NCBI GenBank assembly: GCA_038062075.1
Contig: JBBTXY010000003.1
Location: forward strand, 17,589-81,588
Direction of reading: 5' to 3'
Length of the DNA: 64,000 nucleotides
Source of the DNA: Patescibacteria group bacterium
GTDB taxonomy: Bacteria; Patescibacteriota; Minisyncoccia; Phycocordibacterales; UBA2100
Under the pieces are notes generated by a model, which saw only the letters and a program-made list of their open reading frames with translations, did no database searches and had not been told where the DNA came from. Shown one piece after another: positions 56,256 through 64,000 of the stretch. Within the stretch, counting starts at the first letter, position 1, and every line of letters starts with the position of its first letter. A program made the position numbers and the translations under genes.

Positions 56256-58799
56256 ATGTCGTTTCTCAATCAATGGTTCGGAGATGGCTCCGGGAGCGCC
56301 TTACGCCGGGCCGAACCTATAGTCGGGAAGGTCAATGCTCTTGAGGAGAGTTTCAAAGTGCTCTCGGACGAGGCGCTGAAGGCGAAAACGACCGAATTTA
56401 AGGGGCGTCTCGAGAAAGGTGGGACCTTGGACGATCTTATGCCCGAGGCCTTTGCGGCGGTGCGGGAAGCCTCCCGCCGCACGCTTGGTCAGCGTCATTT
56501 CGATGTGCAGCTCATTGGCGGTGCGGTCTTGCACCAAGGCGGCATCGCAGAGATGCGCACCGGCGAAGGGAAGACCTTAGTCGCGACACTTCCAGCCTAT
56601 CTAAATGCACTCGAAGGGAAAGGCGTGCATGTCGTGACCGTGAACGACTACCTCTCGCGGCGCGATGCCGTGTGGATGGGACAGATCTACTGGGCGCTCG
56701 GGATGACGACTGCTGTCCTGAACCACGAAAGTTCGTTCCTCTACGATCCAAGCGCGGTACCGCAGGAAGAGAAGGCGGAAGATGAGAAGGTACAGGATGA
56801 ACTCGGCGCATTCAAGGTTGTGCATGAATTCCTCCGTCCCATCTCGCGCGAAGAAGCCTACGCGGCGGACATCACCTATGGAACCAACAACGAGTATGGT
56901 TTCGACTACTTGCGCGATAACCTTGAATACGAGCCGGGAAAGATCCGCCAAAAGCAGCACCACTTCGCTATTGTTGACGAAATTGACTCCATCTTGATCG
57001 ACGAAGCGCGCACGCCCCTCATCATCTCTGCGCCGGTTGCCGACGCCGAGGGTCTCTATCAGACATTCGCGCAGATCGCTACGACGATGAAAGAAGACGA
57101 AGATTATACTGTCGAGCATAAGCATCGCGCCATCATCATGACCGACGCGGGCATCGAGAAAGCCGAAGCAGCGCTTGGTCTTGGCTCCATCTACACCGAT
57201 GCCGGTATCAAGTATGTGCACCATCTGGAGACGGCCGTGCGCGGGAAGGCCCTGTTCCAGCGCGATAAGGAATATGTCGTGCGGGGCGGGGAAGTCATCA
57301 TCGTGGATGAATTCACGGGCCGCATGCAGCCAGGCAGACGCTGGAGTGAAGGCTTGCACCAGGCGATCGAGGCCAAAGAAGGCGTCGCCATACAAAAAGA
57401 GAGCCGCACGTTCGCGTCCATCACGTTCCAGAATTATTTCCGTCTTTACACGAAGCTTGCCGGGATGACGGGCACTGCCGCGACCTCTTCGGAAGAGTTC
57501 TTCAAGGTCTATGGGTTGACGACCGTCGCCATCCCAACGAACAAGCCGCCGAAGCGCGTTGATCACGATGACATGATGTTCCAATCGGAGAGCGGGAAGA
57601 TGCACGCGATCGCGAAGCGCGTCAAAGACCTGCACGAAAAAGGGCAGCCCGTCCTCGTCGGCACCGTTTCCGTCGAGAAGAACGAACTTCTCTCCACCCA
57701 TTTCAAACAAGCAGGTATCCCGCACGAACTTCTCAACGCGAAGAACCACGAGCGGGAAGGCGAGATCATCGCACAGGCCGGACGCAGGGGCGCCGTCGTC
57801 ATCGCGACGAATATGGCCGGCCGCGGCGTCGACATCAAGCTTGGAGGAAATCCGGCAACTGACGAGCAGTATGAGGAAGTGAGAAACGCAGGCGGTCTTT
57901 TCGTCCTCGGCACGGAGCGGCACGAAGCGCGGCGCATTGACAATCAGCTGCGCGGCCGTGCTGGCCGCCAAGGAGATCCTGGTGAGACGCAATTCTTCGT
58001 TTCCCTCGAAGATTCGCTGATGAAGATATTCGCCTCTGATGTTATCAAGCGAGTGATGGGCACCTTCAAGATCCCCGAAGACGAGCCTATTTACAATTCG
58101 ATGATAACGAAATCGTTGGAGCGTGCGCAGACGAGGATCGAGGAGATGAATTTCGATTCGCGCAAACATGTGCTTGCCTACGACGACGTCTTGAACGTGC
58201 AGCGCAAGAGCATCTACGAGCGTCGCCGCGCTCTTCTTGTTGGCGGCAACGAGACCGTCGATGGAGAACTCGGCCGCGTCGCGGAATTCATTCTCGAAGA
58301 GAAAGACGCGTGGAGGGGAAAGATCCAAGAACTAAAAACTAAGAACGGGGAAGCATTTTATCCCGCTGTGAGGCGTTTACTTCTGCAAACCGTCGATCTT
58401 CTGTGGGTCGAGCACCTCGAAGCGATGGAATACCTGCGCTCCTCGGTGAACCTGCGCGCGTACGGCCAGCGCGATCCTTTGGTGGAATACAAGAAAGAAG
58501 GCCTGCGCCTTTTCCAAGGGATGGAAGCATCCTACACGTTGCACGTTGCCTCAACTGTGCCTGGCCTGTTCGGAGCGCAACAGCGCGAAGGCCTGCCTGC
58601 CGCAGTCTTGACGAAGGCGGGGGAAGTCGTGCAAAAAGCTGCGCAATCTATTACCGCATCGCACGTGCACACCGGCATCAAAAAATACGGCCGCAACGAC
58701 AAGGTCACCATCACCGACGGCACGACGACGCAGGAAATGAAATTCAAGAAGGCAGAGCGGCTCTTACAAACTGGTCAGTGGAAAATTGTTGAGCGTTGA
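56256..58799 (+). CDS. secA: Preprotein translocase ATPase SecA
   Basis: MRTGEGKT, VTVNDYL, VDEIDSILIDEARTPLIIS, ATNMAGRG, RRIDNQLRGRAGRQGDPG. Confidence 0.98.
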   Translation: MSFLNQWFGDGSGSALRRAEPIVGKVNALEESFKVLSDEALKAKTTEFKGRLEKGGTLDDLMPEAFAAVREASRRTLGQRHFDVQLIGGAVLHQGGIAEMRTGEGKTLVATLPAYLNALEGKGVHVVTVNDYLSRRDAVWMGQIYWALGMTTAVLNHESSFLYDPSAVPQEEKAEDEKVQDELGAFKVVHEFLRPISREEAYAADITYGTNNEYGFDYLRDNLEYEPGKIRQKQHHFAIVDEIDSILIDEARTPLIISAPVADAEGLYQTFAQIATTMKEDEDYTVEHKHRAIIMTDAGIEKAEAALGLGSIYTDAGIKYVHHLETAVRGKALFQRDKEYVVRGGEVIIVDEFTGRMQPGRRWSEGLHQAIEAKEGVAIQKESRTFASITFQNYFRLYTKLAGMTGTAATSSEEFFKVYGLTTVAIPTNKPPKRVDHDDMMFQSESGKMHAIAKRVKDLHEKGQPVLVGTVSVEKNELLSTHFKQAGIPHELLNAKNHEREGEIIAQAGRRGAVVIATNMAGRGVDIKLGGNPATDEQYEEVRNAGGLFVLGTERHEARRIDNQLRGRAGRQGDPGETQFFVSLEDSLMKIFASDVIKRVMGTFKIPEDEPIYNSMITKSLERAQTRIEEMNFDSRKHVLAYDDVLNVQRKSIYERRRALLVGGNETVDGELGRVAEFILEEKDAWRGKIQELKTKNGEAFYPAVRRLLLQTVDLLWVEHLEAMEYLRSSVNLRAYGQRDPLVEYKKEGLRLFQGMEASYTLHVASTVPGLFGAQQREGLPAAVLTKAGEVVQKAAQSITASHVHTGIKKYGRNDKVTITDGTTTQEMKFKKAERLLQTGQWKIVER

Positions 58800-58843
58800 A
58801 ATGGAATGTGTACCTCTCATGGGATTGTTAGAGGCAGCGGAGT

Positions 58844-58880
58844 CCAGCACCAATGTTTCTTCAAGAAACATTGGTGCTGG
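58844..58880. repeat. Perfect 17-bp inverted repeat
   Basis: ccagcaccaatgtttct-tca-agaaacattggtgctgg. Confidence 0.8.
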
Positions 58881-58965
58881 GCGGAGCCCTTGCTTGCAAC
58901 AGGGAAGTGGAAGATCATAGCGTAGCCGACTGGAATTTTTAAGGGAAGCGGGTATGATTGCCCGC

Positions 58966-60405
58966 ATGTCCGAATTCGTTCCTACGATAGGTCTTGAGAT
59001 TCATGCGGAGCTGAAGACGCGCACTAAGATGTTCTGCAACTCGAAGAATGACCCCGAAGAAAAGCGGCCGAATGTGAATATCTGCCCCGTCTGTCTCGCG
59101 CATCCTGGAACGCTTCCGGTCATCAATAGGGAAGCTGTGCGACATGTTCTGCGCGTGGGCGTCGCGCTTGGCGGCGAGCTTGCTGATTACACTGAATTTG
59201 ACCGCAAGAATTATTTCTATCCTGACCTCCCCAAGGGTTACCAGGTCAGTCAGTACGAATTCCCGCTTGTTTCTAGGGGGTCGCTAAACGGCATTGTCAT
59301 CACGCGCGTGCATCTTGAAGAGGACACGGCGAGCTCCATCCACGATGCCAAAACGGGAGCTACACTTATAAACTTTAACCGCTCCGGCGTTCCTTTGATG
59401 GAGCTGGTGACAGAGCCCGTGATACACACGGCGGAGGAAGCGGGGAACTTCGCACGCGAGCTGCAGATTCTCCTGCGCTATCTTGATGCGAGCGATGCCG
59501 ATATGGAGAAAGGGCAGATGCGCCTTGAAGCGAATGTTTCCGTTTCCGATTCTGACGTGCTTGGCACCAAAGTGGAAGTGAAAAATATCAACTCGTTCCG
59601 CGCGATGGAGCGGGCAATCGCCTATGAGATCAAACGCCAGAGCGACGTTCTTGCTCGCGGTGAGCGCGTAATTCAAGAGACCCGCGGTTGGGACGATACG
59701 AAGCAGCAGACATTCTCGCAGCGTGTAAAAGAAGTTGCCGCCGATTACCGATATTTTCCCGATCCCGATCTGCCATCATTGAAACTCTCGGAGATCTCTG
59801 AGTTTTCGCATGACGTACTTATGCAGTCGATCCCCGAATTACCAGAGGCGCGCAGGGGGCGCTATGCAGAGTGGGGGATAAAGCCGGCTGACGCGGAGCA
59901 GTTCGTGAGCTATCCCCGCCTCGGTGCTTTCTTCGACGAGGTGGCAGAAAGGCATCTTGGCGACGCTGCCTTTATCCAACGCTCGGCAAATTACATTGCG
60001 AACGATTTAGTGAAGATAATCCGAGATACCGGAGAGCAAGATACGGAATTGATTGCTGAAATACCGATTTCAGCTACCAGATTCGAGAAAATAATCAGGC
60101 TCATAGGAGAGGGGAAGATCTCCTCTCGGGTGGCCAAAGACCTACTAGTGCACACGATAGAAGAGGGCAAAGAGCCTGAGACGATCGCCAAGGAGCGCGG
60201 GCTCTTTACTGAAGCCCAAGGTGCAGGCGTCGAACCCATCATCGAAAAGATTCTCGAAGAACATGCTTCGGTGGTCGCTGATTATAAAAAGGGGAAAGAG
60301 GCTGCGCTGCAATTTCTCATCGGCCAGTGCATGCGTGTGCTTAAAGGCGCAGCGGATCCTGTAGAGCTTCGCGCGAGGATACTTGAGAAAATTACTACAA
60401 AGTGA
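58966..60405 (+). CDS. gatB: Asp/Glu-tRNA amidotransferase subunit B
   Basis: IGLEIHAEL, RKNYFYPDLPKGYQ, HLEED, DYRYFPDPDL. Confidence 0.98.
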   Translation: MSEFVPTIGLEIHAELKTRTKMFCNSKNDPEEKRPNVNICPVCLAHPGTLPVINREAVRHVLRVGVALGGELADYTEFDRKNYFYPDLPKGYQVSQYEFPLVSRGSLNGIVITRVHLEEDTASSIHDAKTGATLINFNRSGVPLMELVTEPVIHTAEEAGNFARELQILLRYLDASDADMEKGQMRLEANVSVSDSDVLGTKVEVKNINSFRAMERAIAYEIKRQSDVLARGERVIQETRGWDDTKQQTFSQRVKEVAADYRYFPDPDLPSLKLSEISEFSHDVLMQSIPELPEARRGRYAEWGIKPADAEQFVSYPRLGAFFDEVAERHLGDAAFIQRSANYIANDLVKIIRDTGEQDTELIAEIPISATRFEKIIRLIGEGKISSRVAKDLLVHTIEEGKEPETIAKERGLFTEAQGAGVEPIIEKILEEHASVVADYKKGKEAALQFLIGQCMRVLKGAADPVELRARILEKITTK

Positions 60406-60985
60406 TCATAGTCGCCAGGAACCTACGGATCTCAACATCTCCTCAGCTTACAGAGATGAGGTCCAGACAAAATAATTTTGGTGCGATGATTCTTACTTCC
60501 ACACCGAACTGGTCTTAAAAGAGACGCTAGTTATGGTATGGGAACCATACGAGCTATCTGAATGTGTGCTTGATGCTTTTCGGCAACAAGAGAATACATT
60601 TTGTAATTGACCAGAGAGAGCTTGAGTGTATGACTCATGCTTCGATATTCAAGAATTTCAGGCTCATTTCACCGGTCGTATATTCCACTCCCAGCTGAAA
60701 AGGGAGTAGATCGCTCAATGCAAGGATCGCATCAATTTCAATCCCGGTCGCAATAATGGCACTTCAAGCATTGTAGGGGAGTCACATCCATGATCATTCT
60801 GGTTAGAAATGAGTGGTGGAGAATATTGTAATTATTTTTACAACATATCTTCGCTAGGTTGCGCCCTTAAGGATACGATCGTGCCTCGTCTAGGTCCCAA
60901 ACGGGGATTTCGAGGGTCAAAATGGCAAAATCTGCTGTGATTTCAGGCTGGCGTGGGGATTGTGGTAGCCATTTTATGGCTTATT

Positions 60986-61027
60986 TAGCAAGGCTAAACC
61001 TCGCATGTGCGAGGTTTAGCCTTGCTA
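60986..61027. repeat. REP/REPIN-like perfect 20-bp inverted repeat
   Basis: tagcaaggctaaacctcgca-tg-tgcgaggtttagccttgcta, about 110 bp upstream of the Y1 transposase. Confidence 0.75.
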
Positions 61028-61134
61028 GGTGAGCCAAGATATCCAGATTTTAGGCTTTTGAGGTCTTTTCAGTCCTAAAGTAGGTGCAATAATGGTTCCT
61101 GAAGCCCGGGGAGGTATTTTCGAGTCAGGAAAGT

Positions 61135-61815
61135 ATGAGACGGACCACATTTGCTGAAGGTGAATACTACCATTTGTATAATCGTGGGGTCGATAAGCGC
61201 ACTGTTTTCAGCACGCGCGGCGATTTCGAACGCTTCAAAGCGTATCTATATCTTCTGAACGACGAAGAGAGCACGCGGGCATCAAATTTCTTTGAAGGTA
61301 CGCGAGGGAAAGACCCTTATGAAAACGCGCGGGGAAACCCCCTTGTCGCGATCGGCGCGTACTGCCTCATGCCAAACCATTTCCATCTCCTCGTCACACC
61401 CCTTCTTGAACATGGCGTCCCGCGCTTCATGCAAAAACTCCTCACCGCTTATACAATGTACTTCAATGAGCGTACCCTTCGCTCCGGAAGTCTTTTTGAA
61501 GGAACATACAAGAGCCGTCATGCGGAGAGCGACACGTACCTCAAGTATCTCTACGCCTACATCCATCTTAACCCGGCGCGTTTTTTTATTACTGATTGGC
61601 AGAAGGCAACCGAAGGAGATCTGCATTCACTGGAACATAAGATCGCGACATATCCGTATTCAAGCGCGCACGAATATTTCACATCGAAGTATGTCATCAC
61701 ATCGCCATCGCATTTTCCGCGGCACTTTGTGCGGGCGAAAGACATACGATCACACCTTAATTTCTGGTTGAGGTTCAGAGTAGGTGAGGAGAAGCCTGTT
61801 CTCGGGGAAACGTAA
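61135..61815 (+). mobile_element. REP-associated tyrosine transposase (RAYT, IS200-like Y1 HUH)
   Basis: YYHLYNRG, YCLMPNHFHLL (HUH), RSGSLF, YIHLNP. Confidence 0.88.
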
Positions 61816-61954
61816 AAAAGAGATATTGACACATCAGTTATCTCGTTGGATACCCAACAATATCTTTTTTAGCCTTATTCTTGCTGCCGAGATTCTCCAC
61901 AGGGGCGGTCAATGAGTAGAGACAACCTGCATGTTCGTGGATATAATCCGAGAC

Positions 61955-62929
61955 ATGGCTCAGGAGATAAATCTCGGAGGGACGATATACATTTCTTCAA
62001 AGCAGGCAGCCGAGATTACCGGCTACGCCCAGGATTATGTCGGCCAACTTGCACGTAGCGGTGCTATCGAAGCGAAGCGGATCTCAGGGCTTTGGTATAT
62101 TCATGAGGACTCGATCCGACAACACAAAGAGAAGACCGATGCGTACGTCCCACAGCCGCCGCAGCCAGAGCGAGTTCAAGAAGCTGAAGTAAGTTTGTCA
62201 TTGGACGGAAAGGACTATGTCTCTGCAAAACGTGCATCAAAGCTCACAGGCTATTCCCAGGACTATGTGGGGCAATTGGCGCGCTCTGGACAGGTGTTGT
62301 CACGCCAGATCGGGAACCGGTGGTATGTTGACCGTACGTCGCTCGTCGAACACAAGAAAAAGAAAGATTCGTTGCTAGCCACAGTCCAGAGGGACTCGGT
62401 TGGCCTTGCCTCGGCATCAGAGGAAGGAGAAAACATCACAGAAGAGGCGATATCGGAGAGCCGAGACACGCATTTTACATATATTAATGAGGATAATCAG
62501 CCGATTCCTCAAATCCCTGAGAAAGAATCCAGCTATCCCGACACCAGTCTTGAAGGTCGTTCTGCTCCAGAAGAGACTCTCGAGAGCGATGTTGTCAATC
62601 AGATCCCCATACATGTCGTCTGGGCGCCAAGGCAAGGCCGTCTGGGCGCTTCATCTGGACCCGGAGGGAGGTCACATGCCAATCTCTCAAAGAGAAGCAT
62701 CTTACTTGCAGCCGGAGGTTCCTTGCTTGTTGGCATGCTTGCGCTGGTCTTATACTTAGGAGTTAGTGGTGTCTTTACTTTGCCTATTCACAATCTCGGA
62801 TTACCGAGAAATGAAGCAGCCAAAGGGTACCTTGGCAATAGTATTATTGTCAGGAGGGTGGGTGATAGTATTCACCAACTCGCTGAGATTCTCTTTTCAA
62901 AAGAAGTAGTTTATCAAAGGGTCCCATAG
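61955..62929 (+). CDS. Membrane protein with two tandem excisionase/HTH_17-like domains
   Basis: Repeat YISSKQAA..TGY.QDYVGQLARSG...WY occurs twice; C-terminal TM helix. Confidence 0.8.
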   Translation: MAQEINLGGTIYISSKQAAEITGYAQDYVGQLARSGAIEAKRISGLWYIHEDSIRQHKEKTDAYVPQPPQPERVQEAEVSLSLDGKDYVSAKRASKLTGYSQDYVGQLARSGQVLSRQIGNRWYVDRTSLVEHKKKKDSLLATVQRDSVGLASASEEGENITEEAISESRDTHFTYINEDNQPIPQIPEKESSYPDTSLEGRSAPEETLESDVVNQIPIHVVWAPRQGRLGASSGPGGRSHANLSKRSILLAAGGSLLVGMLALVLYLGVSGVFTLPIHNLGLPRNEAAKGYLGNSIIVRRVGDSIHQLAEILFSKEVVYQRVP

Positions 62930-63182
62930 GTAGAGGGAGAAATGTCATATTAGGACAACGCGGAAGCCTTTTCAGGCTCTTTTGACTTTAATCTACCCAT
63001 ATAGGGCATATCGGGGTGCCGAGAATACTCTCCGTCAGTCGTAACCCCGTCAGCTACTTACGTAGTGCTTGGTTTCTGGAGCAAAAAGACGTGAGTTCCC
63101 GGTTGAGTTCCCGGAGAGATCTGATAAAAAGCTATGTGATCTTTGTTATCCCCACATGAATAATGCAAGCGGGTCTGAGAGC

Positions 63183-63212
63183 CGACTTAGCTAATAAAAT
63201 ATAGCTAAGTCG
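63183..63212. promoter_or_regulatory. Candidate operator (11-bp inverted repeat)
   Basis: cgacttagcta-N8-tagctaagtcg just upstream of ATG 63228. Confidence 0.45.
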
Positions 63213-63227
63213 AATATCCGACTACGC

Positions 63228-64000
63228 ATGGGAAACAGCGAGGACGAACTTTTCTTTGACGGCATTCGGTATCTCTCTGCGGCGGATGCAGCAGCGTCTT
63301 CTGGTTTGCATCGCGACTATGTCGCGCGTCTCGCGCGTGAAGGAAAAATACGCGCGAAGCGCATTGGTAAGAGTTGGTACGTCAACAAGGCGTCATTCGA
63401 AGAGTTTCTCGTTCGTCAGGAATACGAACACGCGAAACGCCGCAAAGAGCTCATGCACGATCGTCGGCGCGAGTATATTCGCGCATCGCGCATCGCGCAT
63501 GGGAAGGAAGCAACACTCTCTTTCTCGAAAGATGTACTGACTTCTCTTTCTTCTACTACAACGGAGACGAAAGAAAAGGCAAAAAGTTTAGTTCGCACGG
63601 GTACGTACAATGTTCAGCGCGCTCTTGCCATTGCGGCGTCGCGCGCACAAGCGCACGCGGGAGTTCCTGTTTCGCACTTCGCGGCATTCCACGTGCCGCA
63701 CCCGGTGACCGAATTCGCGCATAAGGCCGTCGCGCTCATCACCGCGTTCGTTCTCATCTTCGGCGCATACTCGCTTGTCGATGCGCGCTATGCGCGCTTC
63801 GCACTCGAGACGATGCGTCATTCGACAGAGAGGATCATGCAAACAGGAACGTATGCTCTTAAGGGAGGTGCGGTGGAATGGGCGCGCGATGCGGCATCGC
63901 AGCTCGCGGCCGCGGCCACGAATTCCGGTGCGACCCTCGATGCTCTGTATGGTTCTTTCACACCGGATGCGGACACATCGTTCTCCCTATTTGCACGCAC
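63228..64000 (+). CDS. HTH_17-like domain plus TM protein, 3'-truncated by the window (absent from the ORF track)
   Basis: Manual translation MGNSEDELFFDGIRYLSAADAAASSGLHRDYVARLAREGKIRAKRIGKSWYV... stays open to 64000; TM segment AVALITAFVLIFGAYSL. Confidence 0.8.
   Translation, partial: MGNSEDELFFDGIRYLSAADAAASSGLHRDYVARLAREGKIRAKRIGKSWYVNKASFEEFLVRQEYEHAKRRKELMHDRRREYIRASRIAHGKEATLSFSKDVLTSLSSTTTETKEKAKSLVRTGTYNVQRALAIAASRAQAHAGVPVSHFAAFHVPHPVTEFAHKAVALITAFVLIFGAYSLVDARYARFALETMRHSTERIMQTGTYALKGGAVEWARDAASQLAAAATNSGATLDALYGSFTPDADTSFSLFAR

Noticed and set aside
56601-58328. 575-aa minus-strand ORF
   Set aside because: Antisense shadow of secA
60406-60980. ORF-free AT-rich stretch as a possible pseudogene or ncRNA
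   Set aside because: No convincing reading frame or stable structure found by eye; left unannotated
1-64000. CRISPR array, tRNA or rRNA genes
   Set aside because: No regularly spaced repeats, cloverleaf motifs or rRNA signatures seen on manual reading

Overview
About 55.6 kb of this window is one very large surface-glycan biosynthesis locus, followed by secA, gatB, a REP-associated tyrosine transposase and two membrane proteins with N-terminal helix-turn-helix domains. The gene content and style suggest Patescibacteria/CPR, probably Parcubacteria; this is inferred, not proven. The glycan locus encodes GT2/GT4 transferases, four GT-C (ArnT/PMT-like) membrane transferases, a GT2-GtrA fusion, a Wzx flippase and a Wzy_C/TPR ligase. 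It also carries rmlBAD, manC, a transaldolase-fed NDP-heptose-like module, two copies of a C-methyltransferase/Gfo-Idh-MocA/FAD-oxidoreductase trio, and an unusual KdsC/NTP-transferase-kinase/GatZ-like/SDR/cupin/inositol-monophosphatase module. Four divergent inositol-monophosphatase paralogs are present. The non-coding signals are a promoter-bounded small RNA convergent on an NYN RNase gene, a 167-bp palindromic element, a minus-strand G·U-supported hairpin RNA, an in-frame palindrome inside a gene, and many TANNNT-N6/7-ATG leaderless starts. An unannotated 16-aa K/R-rich micro-ORF has its own terminator. All functional calls come from motif recognition only; no searches were run.
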